DNA of 64,000 nt from Myxococcota bacterium (GTDB lineage: Bacteria; Myxococcota_A; UBA9160; UBA6930), in assembly GCA_028285625.1 (NCBI GenBank), contig JANQOX010000018.1, forward strand, positions 19,245 to 83,244, written 5' to 3'. A program made the translations under genes and the position numbers. Positions 28,159 to 37,150 of the stretch are shown one piece after another. The number at the start of each line of letters is the position of its first letter. The first letter of the stretch is position 1. The notes under the pieces were generated by a model. That model saw only the letters and a list, made by a program, of their open reading frames with translations, ran no database searches and had not been told where the DNA came from.

Positions 28159-29862
28159 ATGGCCGAGAGCATTCCGGCGAGCCACGGCGACCACGAGGTC
28201 GGTCACCACGAAGAGCAGGGCTTCGTTTCGAAGTACCTGCTTTCGACCGACCACAAGGTCATCGCCATGCAGTACATGTTCACGGGCATGGCGATGGCAG
28301 TGATCGGCGGCTTCTTCGCCTACGCCTTCCGCATGCAGCTGGCGTTCCCTGGGATGGACGTCCCGGGCTGGGGCCTCGTGACCCCGAACGACTACAACGC
28401 CCTGGTCACCAACCACGGCGCCATCATGATCTTCTGGGTGGCCATGCCGGTGCTGATCGCGGCCTTCGGCAACTACCTGATCCCGCTGATGGTCGGCTGC
28501 GACGACATGGTGTTCCCGCGGCTGAACCGGCTCTCGTACCAGATCTTCCTGCTGTCGGCGATCGTGCTGATGGCGTCGTTCTTCGTGTACGGCGGGGCCT
28601 TCGGCGGCGCCTGGACCATGTATCCGCCGCTCTCGGCCAAGGCCGAGTACAGCCTCACACAACTCGGGTCCACCATCTTCGTCCTGGCGGTGGCGCTCGA
28701 ATTCGTGGCCTTCCTGATGGGCGGAATCAACTTCATCACCACTGCGATGAACTCGCGTGCGCCAGGCATGAAGCTCTACGACGTGCCCATGGTGGTGTGG
28801 ATGATCGTGGTGGCGAGCATCCTGTTCATGGCGTCGGTGGGGCCGCTGATCGCCGGCGCCATCATGCTGCTGTTCGACCAGAACCTCGGCACGGCCTTCT
28901 TCGATCCGGACCGCGCGGGGGACCCGATCCTCTGGCAGCACCTGTTCTGGTTCTTCGGGCATCCCGAGGTCTACGTGGTGCTGCTGCCGGCGACCGGCAT
29001 CGTCGCCGAGGTCATCACGACCTTCTCGCGCAAGAAGCTGCTGGCCTACCGCACCATCCTCTACACGGTGTTCGGAACCGGCGTGCTGTCCTTCACGGTG
29101 TGGGCGCACCACCAGTTCGTGGCGGGCATCGACCCGCGCATGGCCCACGTGTTCACGGTGACGACATTGCTCATCTCGGTCCCAATCGCCGAGATGATGT
29201 TCGTCTACATCGGCACGCTCTACGGCGGGTCGATCCAATACACGACACCCATGCTCTGGGCCCTCGGGTTCCTGGTCACGTTCCTGATCGGCGGCGTGAC
29301 GGGCATCTTCCTGGGTGCGAGCGGTGCCGACATCTACTTCCACGACACGTACTTCGTGCTCGCCCACTTCCACTACACGTTCTTCCCGATCGCCATCATC
29401 GGAACGTTCGCGGGCGTGACCTACTGGTTCCCGAAGATGTTCGGGCGCATGATGAACGAGACCCTCGGCAAGATCCATTTCTGGGGAACGTTCATCCCCT
29501 TCAATGCGATCTTCCTGCCGCTGTTCTATCTGGGCGTCGCGGGTCAGCATCGCCGCATCTACGACTACTCGGCCTTCCCCGAGCTGGCGCAGTACCAGGA
29601 CATCCGCGTGTTCGCGACGTCGGCGCTGCTGGTGATGCTGGCCTTCCAGGTCGTGTTCCTCTGGAACTTCTTCCACAGCATGTTCCGCGGCGAGAAGGCC
29701 GGAGCGAACCCGTGGAAGGCGAACAGCCTGGAGTGGGCGGCACCGTCGCCCCCGCCCCACGGCAACTTCCCGGATGGCCTGCCCGAGTGTCACCGCGGGC
29801 CGTACGAGTTCAGCCATCCCGACCGCGAAGAGGACTACTGGCCGCAGAATCAGCCGGCCTGA
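28159..29862 (+). CDS. ctaD: Cytochrome c oxidase subunit I
   Basis: WFFGHPEVYVVLLP, WAHHQF and HFHYTFF histidine-ligand motifs. Start at ATG 28159; the listed 1246-aa ORF has a spurious N-terminal extension. Confidence 0.93.
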   Translation: MAESIPASHGDHEVGHHEEQGFVSKYLLSTDHKVIAMQYMFTGMAMAVIGGFFAYAFRMQLAFPGMDVPGWGLVTPNDYNALVTNHGAIMIFWVAMPVLIAAFGNYLIPLMVGCDDMVFPRLNRLSYQIFLLSAIVLMASFFVYGGAFGGAWTMYPPLSAKAEYSLTQLGSTIFVLAVALEFVAFLMGGINFITTAMNSRAPGMKLYDVPMVVWMIVVASILFMASVGPLIAGAIMLLFDQNLGTAFFDPDRAGDPILWQHLFWFFGHPEVYVVLLPATGIVAEVITTFSRKKLLAYRTILYTVFGTGVLSFTVWAHHQFVAGIDPRMAHVFTVTTLLISVPIAEMMFVYIGTLYGGSIQYTTPMLWALGFLVTFLIGGVTGIFLGASGADIYFHDTYFVLAHFHYTFFPIAIIGTFAGVTYWFPKMFGRMMNETLGKIHFWGTFIPFNAIFLPLFYLGVAGQHRRIYDYSAFPELAQYQDIRVFATSALLVMLAFQVVFLWNFFHSMFRGEKAGANPWKANSLEWAAPSPPPHGNFPDGLPECHRGPYEFSHPDREEDYWPQNQPA

Positions 29863-29874
29863 TCCGAGGAGCCC

Positions 29875-30450
29875 ATGTCAGCAAGACCGATCGCCAATAC
29901 GCGCACTGCGGCGGGCATGCCCACGGGCAAGCTGGCCGTCTGGTGGCTGATCGCCTCGGAGATCGTGATCTTCGGCGGTGTTCTCGGCTCGTACATCATG
30001 CACCGGCTGGCCCACGACGACTGGGCCGTCCAGGCCGCCTACACCAATACGTGGATCGGCGCCTTCAACACGCTGGTGCTGCTCACGTCGAGCCTCTCGG
30101 CGGTCCTCGCCCACCAGGCTGCCGAGAGCGGCGACGGCAAGAAGGCCGCACGCCTGCTCTACGCCACCTGCGCCGGCGCCGTCACCTTCATGATCGTGAA
30201 GGCGTTCGAGTGGACGACCGAGATCACCCACGGCTTCACGATCACCTCCAGCACCTTCTGGTCGTTCTACTACACGGCGGCGGGCATCCATGCCGCGCAC
30301 GTGCTGGTCGGCGCGATCATCATGCTGATCGTGGCGTCCGCAGCCAAGAAGGGCCGCGACCTGCACCACGTGGAGCTGATCGGGCTCTACTGGCACTTCG
30401 TGGACGTCGTCTGGATCTTCCTCTTCCCGCTCCTCTACATCGCGAAGTAG
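29875..30450 (+). CDS. ctaE: Cytochrome c oxidase subunit III (short form)
   Basis: Heme-copper oxidase subunit III pattern (WWLIASEIVIFGG..., YWHFVDVVWIFLFPLLY). Confidence 0.85.
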   Translation: MSARPIANTRTAAGMPTGKLAVWWLIASEIVIFGGVLGSYIMHRLAHDDWAVQAAYTNTWIGAFNTLVLLTSSLSAVLAHQAAESGDGKKAARLLYATCAGAVTFMIVKAFEWTTEITHGFTITSSTFWSFYYTAAGIHAAHVLVGAIIMLIVASAAKKGRDLHHVELIGLYWHFVDVVWIFLFPLLYIAK

Positions 30451-30454
30451 GACC

Positions 30455-30844
30455 ATGAGCGAACACGCATCGACCGAGCACGACGGGCACTCGCCCTCCC
30501 ACTACATCCGCATCTGGTGGATTCTCGTCCTCCTGCTGATCGCCAGCGTCGTCGGCCCGTTCATCGGCGAGGCCACCGGCATCCAGGCGATCACGCTGTT
30601 CACGGCCTTCGGCATCGCGGTGATCAAGGCCTACCTCGTGGTGAAGAACTTCATGCACCTGACGGTGGAGCGGAAGTACGTGATGTACTTCATCGTGACC
30701 TCGCTGGTGTTCATGCTGCTCTTCTTCGCGGGCGCCGCCCCGGACGTGATGAAGGCCGAGGGTCAGGGCTGGGTCAAGCCGCTCTGGCTCGAGCAGGCCG
30801 AAGAGGCCGCCGCCGGCCACGGCGCCGAGGCCGGGCACCACTAG
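30455..30844 (+). CDS. ctaF: Prokaryotic cytochrome c oxidase subunit IV family protein
   Basis: HYIRIWWILVLLLIASV and AVIKAYLVVKNFMHL motifs typical of the bacterial subunit IV family. It carries an extra C-terminal tail. Confidence 0.75.
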   Translation: MSEHASTEHDGHSPSHYIRIWWILVLLLIASVVGPFIGEATGIQAITLFTAFGIAVIKAYLVVKNFMHLTVERKYVMYFIVTSLVFMLLFFAGAAPDVMKAEGQGWVKPLWLEQAEEAAAGHGAEAGHH

Positions 30845-30862
30845 CAGAGACGAGGGCCCCCC

Positions 30863-31465
30863 ATGCCCCGCCGCCGCGCAGGACAGACCGGATACGGGCC
30901 CATCGACGTCGTCGAGTCTCGACGCACGCCGGTGGTGCCGGACGGCGTCCTCGGCATGCTGCTGTTCGTGTTCGCCGAGGCCACGCTGTTTGCGGGCCTG
31001 ATCAGTGCATTCGCGATCGCCAAGGCCGGGGCCCCGGTGTGGCCGCCGCTCGGTCAGCCGCGCCTGCCGGTGGAAGCCACCGCCATCAACACGGCGGCCC
31101 TGGTGGCGAGCGGCCTGCTGTTGATGCTCAGCCGCCGGCGCTTCAAGGTCGATCGCGTGAGCGCCGAGGCGCCCTTCGTGGCCGCGCTCGGGCTGGGCAC
31201 CTTCTTCGTGCTGTTCCAGGGCTACGAGTGGGTGTCGCTGATCGGCCAGGGGCTCACCATGCGGTCGAGCGCGTTGGGGAGCTTCTTCTACCTGATCGTG
31301 GGCGTGCACGCGCTGCACGCGATCGCCGCGCTGGGGCTGCTGTTCGTGACCTGGCGGCGCATGCGCCGCGGCTGGCTCGCGAGCAGCCAACTCGCCACCG
31401 CGGAGGTGTTCTGGTACTTCGTGGTCGGCATCTGGCCGCTCATCTACCTGATCGTGTACCTGTGA
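30863..31465 (+). CDS. Second heme-copper oxidase subunit III-family protein
   Basis: LFVFAEATLFAGLISAF, FQGYEWV and FWYFVVGIWPLIYL are subunit III-like helices. Confidence 0.75.
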   Translation: MPRRRAGQTGYGPIDVVESRRTPVVPDGVLGMLLFVFAEATLFAGLISAFAIAKAGAPVWPPLGQPRLPVEATAINTAALVASGLLLMLSRRRFKVDRVSAEAPFVAALGLGTFFVLFQGYEWVSLIGQGLTMRSSALGSFFYLIVGVHALHAIAALGLLFVTWRRMRRGWLASSQLATAEVFWYFVVGIWPLIYLIVYL

Positions 31466-31746
31466 TGCGCCGGATCCCGATGCTCGTACTCGTCGCGGCC
31501 GCGTTGGCGCTGCTGCCCGATCTCGCCGACGCCTGTGCGGTCTGCACGACGGGCCGCGACGACGAGACGCGGACCGCCTTCATCTGGACGACGGTCTTCA
31601 TGAGCCTCACGCCGCTCATGCTGGTGGGCGCGGGCGTCTTCTGGCTGCGCCGTCGCCTGCGGGAGCAGGAGGCCGAGCAGGCCCAGGCCGACGGGCCTCG
31701 CGCCCGTGCCGAGCTACCGCGACCCGCGTCCGCCCCGTCTCGCTGA
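31465..31746 (+). CDS. Small exported/membrane protein with CxxC motif (93 aa)
   Basis: ATG overlaps the preceding stop (TGATG). It has a signal-like N-terminus, a CAVC motif, one TM helix ([23 protein letters not shown]) and a charged tail. Confidence 0.55.
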   Translation: MRRIPMLVLVAAALALLPDLADACAVCTTGRDDETRTAFIWTTVFMSLTPLMLVGAGVFWLRRRLREQEAEQAQADGPRARAELPRPASAPSR

Positions 31747-31811
31747 GCGGCGCCCGTCCCGGGGGGAGCGATGCTCACGGACGGGGCCGAGCGAGCGGGT
31801 AGAATCCGCCC

Positions 31812-32138
31812 GTGGAAGAGCCCAGCGAGCAAGCCGCCGAGGACGAGCCGCGCGTCGCGCGCTGGATCCGGCCGCTGTTCGAAGACAGCACGCTCTGGCC
31901 CCTGGTCGCCGTGATGGCCCTGGTCATGGGCACGTTCGGGGCCTCGATGCTGCTGCTGGCCGTCGACCGCAACCCGTTCGCGGTGGCGGCGTTGCTCGGC
32001 GTCGCGTTCTTGTCGTTCGAGGGCTACCGAGCCGATCGCCGGGGGCTGCGGCCGGGCGTGATCGGGTCGGCCGTCATCGGGCTCTGGCTGTCGAGCGCGG
32101 CGGTTCTGGCCGCGACGTTCGCACTGGGGTTGGCCTGA
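31812..32138 (+). CDS. Hypothetical 3-TM membrane protein
   Basis: GTG start and a high-GC3 frame with three hydrophobic segments. No recognisable family. Confidence 0.5.
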   Translation: MEEPSEQAAEDEPRVARWIRPLFEDSTLWPLVAVMALVMGTFGASMLLLAVDRNPFAVAALLGVAFLSFEGYRADRRGLRPGVIGSAVIGLWLSSAAVLAATFALGLA

Positions 32139-32140
32139 CG

Positions 32141-32166
32141 GCCCCGGTTGGATCCGGTCCGGGGCG
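32141..32166 (+). terminator. GC hairpin after the oxidase gene string (candidate terminator, no U-tract)
   Basis: GCCCCGG (32141-32147) pairs with CCGGGGC (32160-32166). It begins 3 nt after the stop at 32138. Confidence 0.3.
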
Positions 32167-32236
32167 CGGAGGCGTGCCCCATGGGCCCCCGCGAAACGGA
32201 CTCCGGCCAAGCCGGACCCAAAGAGGAGGAAGCGCC

Positions 32237-33109
32237 ATGATTTCTGCCGAGGAACGACCCAAGAAGAAGATCCAGGTCAAGGGCCGCACCATGGCCTACG
32301 TCGAGGCAGGCGAGGGCGACCCGATCGTCTTCCTGCACGGCAACCCGACGTCTTCGTACCTGTGGCGCAACGTGATGCCCCACCTCGAGGGGCGCGGGCG
32401 CTGCATCGCGCCCGACCTGATCGGTATGGGCGACTCCGACAAGCTCGAGCCGAGCGGTCCCGACCGCTACACGTTCGTCGAGCATCGAAGCTACCTCGAC
32501 GCGCTGCTCGCCGAGCTCGGTGTCACCGAGAACGTGACGCTGATCATCCACGACTGGGGTTCCGCGCTGGGCTTCGACTGGGCGCATCGTCACCCCGAGG
32601 CCGTCCGTGGCATCGCCTACATGGAGGCGATCGTCCAGCCCATGACGTGGGACGCCTGGCCCGAAGCGGCACGCGGCGTGTTCCAGGGTTTCCGCTCCGA
32701 GGCCGGCGAGGGCATGGTCCTCGAGAACAACGTCTTCGTGGATCGCGTGCTGCCCGGCTCGATCCTGCGCAAACTCACCGATGCGGAGATGGAGGTGTAC
32801 CGCCGACCCTTCCTCGAACCCGGCGAGGGTCGTCGCCCCACGCTCACCTGGCCCCGCCAGATCCCGATCGAGGGCGAGCCCGCCGACGTGGTGGAGATCG
32901 TCGACGCCTACGGTCGCTGGCTCGCCGAGAGCCCCGTCCCCAAGCTCTTCATCAACGCCGACCCCGGGGCCATCCTGATCGGCCCGCAGCGCGAGTTCTG
33001 CCGCAGCTGGCCGAACCAGACCGAGACGACCGTGGCGGGCAATCACTTCGTGCAGGAGGACTCCCCCGACGAGATCGGCCAGGCCATCGCCGCCTGGCTG
33101 CCCGCCTGA
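32237..33109 (+). CDS. Haloalkane dehalogenase, HLD-II type
   Basis: [12 protein letters not shown] (halide-stabilising Asn), HDWGSALG (nucleophile Asp plus Trp), YMEAIV (Glu) and GNHFVQED (His). Strong SD GAGGAGGA upstream. Confidence 0.88.
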   Translation: MISAEERPKKKIQVKGRTMAYVEAGEGDPIVFLHGNPTSSYLWRNVMPHLEGRGRCIAPDLIGMGDSDKLEPSGPDRYTFVEHRSYLDALLAELGVTENVTLIIHDWGSALGFDWAHRHPEAVRGIAYMEAIVQPMTWDAWPEAARGVFQGFRSEAGEGMVLENNVFVDRVLPGSILRKLTDAEMEVYRRPFLEPGEGRRPTLTWPRQIPIEGEPADVVEIVDAYGRWLAESPVPKLFINADPGAILIGPQREFCRSWPNQTETTVAGNHFVQEDSPDEIGQAIAAWLPA

Positions 33110-33138
33110 GCCCGGGTCCGGCGTTGTCACACGTTCGC

Positions 33139-33957
33139 ATGCAGGTGGCCGATGGGGTGGCGGTGGTCACGCTCGACCGGCCCGAGGCCCGCAATGCGTT
33201 CAGTGGGGAGATGGGCCAGGAGCTCGGCGAGGCCTACCGCCGCTGCGACGCCGACGATGCGGTGCGTGCCGTCGTGCTCACCGGCTCGGGCGATGCGTTC
33301 TGCGTGGGGGCCGACATGAGCGGCGGTGCCGAGACCTTTCGCAGTGTCGAGGGGGCGTCGGGGTTCAGCGCGTCGCCGGTGGATCCGCCCGCGTGGCGTG
33401 TCCGCAAGCCCGTGATTGCGGCCATGAACGGCCACGCCGTGGGGCTCGGGCTCACGCTCGCCCTGCAATGCGACCTGCGGATCGCGGCCGACGAAGCCCG
33501 CTACGGCGTGCTCCAGGTGCGTCGCGGGGTGATGCCCGACGCTTGCGCCCACTTCACGCTGCCGCGCATCGTCGGGATGGAGCGCGCGGCCTGGCTGCTG
33601 CTCACGGGCACGCGCATCTCGGGCCAGGAGGCGGCGGCCCACGGCCTCGCGCTTCGCTCGGTTCCTGCAGCCGAAGTCCTCGAGGCCGCGATGGAGATCG
33701 CGCGGGAGATCGCCGAGCGGGCCGCGCCGCTGTCGGTGGGGGTGACCAAGCGTCTGCTCTGGCAGGCGACGGGGCTCTCGGCCGAACAGGTCGAGCACAT
33801 GGAGACGGCACTGCACCACCACCTGATGGGCGGCGCCGATGCGGTCGAAGGCGGACTCGCCTACGTCGAGCGCCGCAAGCCCGCCTTTACGCGTACGGTG
33901 GGTGGCGATTGGCCCGACCCGTGGCCCGACCCCGACGAGTCGCCCCACGGCGCCTAG
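33139..33957 (+). CDS. Enoyl-CoA hydratase/isomerase (crotonase) family protein
   Basis: VVTLDRPEARNAF, VVLTGSGDAFCVGADM and AAMNGHAVGLGLTLALQCD motifs. Confidence 0.85.
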   Translation: MQVADGVAVVTLDRPEARNAFSGEMGQELGEAYRRCDADDAVRAVVLTGSGDAFCVGADMSGGAETFRSVEGASGFSASPVDPPAWRVRKPVIAAMNGHAVGLGLTLALQCDLRIAADEARYGVLQVRRGVMPDACAHFTLPRIVGMERAAWLLLTGTRISGQEAAAHGLALRSVPAAEVLEAAMEIAREIAERAAPLSVGVTKRLLWQATGLSAEQVEHMETALHHHLMGGADAVEGGLAYVERRKPAFTRTVGGDWPDPWPDPDESPHGA

Positions 33958-34029
33958 TCCGACGGTCCGGCCCCGGCGGTATACTGGCCGGCCTCGCGCC
34001 GCAGGCCCCCGCGCGACCAGGAGACCCCC

Positions 34030-34413
34030 ATGTCCGAGACCGAGCGCCGCCAGCGCGGCGCCGAGATGATCCAGGAAGTCTACGCCGGCGACGTCGCCGT
34101 GCCGCCGGCCGGGGCCAACGCCTTCGCCGACCTGATGCTCGAGCAGCTCTTCGCCGAGGTGTGGACGCGCGAGGCGCTGCCGATTCGCGACCGCCGGCTG
34201 CTGATCCTCGGCGTCATCGCCGCGCTGGGCGAGAAGGACACGTTCAAGATCCAGGTGAAGGCGGCGCTCAAGCGCGGCGAACTCACGCCGGAGCAGGTGC
34301 GCGAGGTGCTGATCCAGATCGCGCAGTACGCCGGCTACCCGCGCGCCGCCGGGCTGCTCGGACCCGCGGAGCAGGCCATTGCCGAGGCCGCCCAGCAAGG
34401 AGATGCGTCGTGA
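34030..34413 (+). CDS. Carboxymuconolactone decarboxylase (CMD/AhpD-like) family protein
   Basis: 127 aa with LPIRDRRLLILGVIAALG and QIAQYAGYPRA typical of the CMD family. Confidence 0.8.
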   Translation: MSETERRQRGAEMIQEVYAGDVAVPPAGANAFADLMLEQLFAEVWTREALPIRDRRLLILGVIAALGEKDTFKIQVKAALKRGELTPEQVREVLIQIAQYAGYPRAAGLLGPAEQAIAEAAQQGDAS

Positions 34414-35525
34414 GCGAAGCCACCGACAAGGTGATGAACGGCCAGGCCTGGGGCGAGTTCTGCGACCTGCTGAAGAAGGCCGGCGACGTCGTGCTGCGTG
34501 AGGACCTCGACACCGACGCCTTCGATCGCGCAGAAGGGCTCCGCTACCTGACGCGCCTGCTCCGCGCCGGGTTCGTGTCGTTCGCCGAGCAGCTGGGTCC
34601 CCGGCATCCGCGCTTTCGCGCCATGCCCGACCTGGTGAAGATGGGTCTCGACAATCCGGACAACTACTACGTCTCGGCCACGGTGAACGCGCAGTACACG
34701 TACCGGATCCGCGGGCGCCGCGGCAGCATCCACTACATGAGCTTCGCGGCCCAGAACCAGAACTTCGCAGCGAAGGACCGGATCACCGGCGGGGCGGGGC
34801 ACCTGGAGGACAAGCAGCTCACCCTCGAACCCGACGGCAGCTTCGAGATCCTGGCGAGCCAGGAGGAGCAGCCGGGCAACTGGCTGCGCATGGCTCCCGA
34901 CACCAAGCAGATCCTGCTGCGGCAGACCTTTCTCGACCGCACGCGCGAGCAGCCGGTCGAGGTCGAGATCGAGTGCCTGGATGCGGACGAGCCGCTTCCG
35001 CCGCTCGACCCCGAGCGCGTGCCGGGCATGCTGCTGGGGTCGGCCATGTACGCCATGGGCTGCGCCCAGTGGTTCGCCGACTGGGTGACGGACTTTCGCA
35101 ACCATGCGCCCGTCAACGCATTCCACCTGCCCGATCTCGAAAACCACCGCGTGGTGGGCGGCGATCCGAACATCCGGATCTGGCTCGGGCTGTGGGAGCT
35201 CGCCGATGACCAGGCGCTGGTGATCGAGATGACCCCGCCCGAGTGCGACTACTGGAACTTCCAGCTCGGGAACATCTGGGCCGAGTCGCTCGACTACCGC
35301 TTCCGACGCGTTCACGTGAGCAGCGGTCAGGCGGCGCTGCGCGACGACGGGAGCGTGCAGCTCGTCGTGGCCCACGAGGACCCGGGCCATCCGAACTTCC
35401 TGGACGTCTCGGGCCACCGACACGGCACCATGTGCGTTCGCTGGGTGCGCGCCCAGGACCATCCCGAGCCGCGCTGCCGGGTCGTGTCGCTCGACGACCT
35501 GAGGAAGGAACTCGGCACCGGCTGA
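34410..35525 (+). CDS. DUF1214-domain protein
   Basis: GTG overlaps the previous stop (GTGA). The sequence pattern (GLRYLTRLLRAG, NPDNYY, YWNFQLGNIW) fits my memory of DUF1214/DUF1254-type proteins. The family call is moderate. Confidence 0.6.
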   Translation: MSEATDKVMNGQAWGEFCDLLKKAGDVVLREDLDTDAFDRAEGLRYLTRLLRAGFVSFAEQLGPRHPRFRAMPDLVKMGLDNPDNYYVSATVNAQYTYRIRGRRGSIHYMSFAAQNQNFAAKDRITGGAGHLEDKQLTLEPDGSFEILASQEEQPGNWLRMAPDTKQILLRQTFLDRTREQPVEVEIECLDADEPLPPLDPERVPGMLLGSAMYAMGCAQWFADWVTDFRNHAPVNAFHLPDLENHRVVGGDPNIRIWLGLWELADDQALVIEMTPPECDYWNFQLGNIWAESLDYRFRRVHVSSGQAALRDDGSVQLVVAHEDPGHPNFLDVSGHRHGTMCVRWVRAQDHPEPRCRVVSLDDLRKELGTG

Positions 35526-35549
35526 CCGGCGCGCCCCGCGCGCAGGGGT

Positions 35550-35906
35550 TCAGTGGTCGTGCCCATGGGGTCGTTCGGCGTAGGCGCCGACGCGGCCCGC
35601 CAGGTCCTCGGCCGAGCAGAGACCTCTCTCCGTGATCAGTCCCTCGAGCGCGGCGAGCCAGTGGTCCCAGTAGGCGTACGGTGCAGGCTCCGCTCCGGCC
35701 TCGGGCAAGACGGGATTCGCCGCATCGAAGCGGCCGATCTCATCGATCAGCCGCGCGCGAAAGTCGGACCACGCGATGGCGCCCGCTTCGCACAGGCTCA
35801 TGGTCAGGCCGAACGCGCGGCTCTGCCACGGCGCTTCGAAGACGATCTCGCCGTTTCGGCGCGGCGGGGCCGCGTGGCCCTCGGTATCGAGCGTGGGCTG
35901 GCTCAC
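35550..35906 (-). CDS. Nitrile hydratase accessory (activator) protein
   Basis: 118 aa immediately downstream of the alpha subunit, overlapping it by 4 nt. [28 protein letters not shown]..YYxHWLxALE-type sequence. Confidence 0.75.
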   Translation of the reverse strand: MSQPTLDTEGHAAPPRRNGEIVFEAPWQSRAFGLTMSLCEAGAIAWSDFRARLIDEIGRFDAANPVLPEAGAEPAPYAYWDHWLAALEGLITERGLCSAEDLAGRVGAYAERPHGHDH

Positions 35907-36484
35907 GACGCGGGCTCCCCCGCGCGCGCCACCCCGATCATGGCGTCGCGGCTCACCAGCGCGGCCAGGTCGTCCTCGGACAGCGCTTCGGTGCCGGGGG
36001 GCCGTTCGGGAAGCACCAGGTAGCGAACCTCGGCGCTCGAATCCCACACGCGGATCTCGACGTTCGGGTCGAGCTCGAGCCCCATCTCGGCGAGCACATC
36101 TCGCGGCTCGCGAACCACGCGCGCACGGTACTCCGGCGACTTGTACCAGGCCGGCGGCAGCCCGAGAACCGGCCAGGGGTAGCAGGAGCAGAGCGTGCAG
36201 ACGACCACGTTGTGGACCCGTGGCCCGTTGGGGACGACCACGATGCACTCGCCTTCGGTCGGTCCCGTGAACCCGAGCTCGGCGATGGCCGCGGTGCCGT
36301 CCGCGAGCAGGCGCGCGCGGTAGTCCGCATCGCACCAGGCGCGCGCCACGACCCGCGCGCCGTTCATGGGCCCGACGTCCTGTTCGTAGTGGCTGACTAC
36401 GGCGTCGATGGCCTCGCGCGTCACGATGCCGCGCTCGGTGAGCAGGGCTTCGAGCGCCTCGGCGCGCAGGGCGGCATCGGACAT
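35903..36484 (-). CDS. nthA: Nitrile hydratase alpha subunit, cobalt type
   Basis: Metal-binding [14 protein letters not shown]. The T and Y variant is characteristic of Co-type enzymes. ATG 36484 overlaps the beta subunit stop by 1 nt. Confidence 0.9.
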   Translation of the reverse strand: MSDAALRAEALEALLTERGIVTREAIDAVVSHYEQDVGPMNGARVVARAWCDADYRARLLADGTAAIAELGFTGPTEGECIVVVPNGPRVHNVVVCTLCSCYPWPVLGLPPAWYKSPEYRARVVREPRDVLAEMGLELDPNVEIRVWDSSAEVRYLVLPERPPGTEALSEDDLAALVSRDAMIGVARAGEPAS

Positions 36485-37062
36485 CAGCCGTCTTCCTTCG
36501 AGAGATAGGGTTCGAACAGATCGAGCGAGACGCGGGCATGGGCGTCCGCGTCCTCGCCGAAGAGCTCGCGTGCCGAGAAGGCCACCGTGTACAGGTGCTG
36601 GGGCTGCTCGCCGTCGCCATGGGCGTTCGTGTCGGGAAACACCCAGGCGCCCTGGTGGCGCACGATCTGGCCCCGTCGGCCTCGCGCGTAGCCCGGAAGC
36701 CGGGTGTGCCCCGGCACCCCATCGGCCTGGGTCCGTACCGCGTTGCCCACGGCGAATCGGGGACGCCGGTCCAGATCGCGCCGGGCCGTGCTGGCGGTGC
36801 GCCGGACGCTCGCGTCGTCTTCGTCCACCAGCAGCTGCAGCGCGGCCAGCCAGCGGGTCCAGTAGCCGGCGCGGTAGGTCTCTGCGGGGAGCCTTTCGAT
36901 GGCGTGTCGAAAGGCGTCGGTGTTGGCAAGCGTCGAGAGGCCGAGCCCGACCAGGCCGAAGACACGGCGCTGCCAATCGGCGACGAACGTCCGCTCGGCG
37001 TCGCCGCCGCGCACCACCGGGCCGAAGCCCGGCTTGCCTCCGAGGTCGTGGGTGCCGTCCAT
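36484..37062 (-). CDS. nthB: Nitrile hydratase beta subunit
   Basis: [10 protein letters not shown]-terminus, and the [14 protein letters not shown] and [14 protein letters not shown] motifs. Confidence 0.88.
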   Translation of the reverse strand: MDGTHDLGGKPGFGPVVRGGDAERTFVADWQRRVFGLVGLGLSTLANTDAFRHAIERLPAETYRAGYWTRWLAALQLLVDEDDASVRRTASTARRDLDRRPRFAVGNAVRTQADGVPGHTRLPGYARGRRGQIVRHQGAWVFPDTNAHGDGEQPQHLYTVAFSARELFGEDADAHARVSLDLFEPYLSKEDG

Positions 37063-37150
37063 GGCCTCATGCTACCGCGGCGGCCACGCAGAGCACCGGC
37101 TCGACTATTCTTCCGGCCAGCTCGAGTTCCCTGCCAGAAGAGGAAATGCC

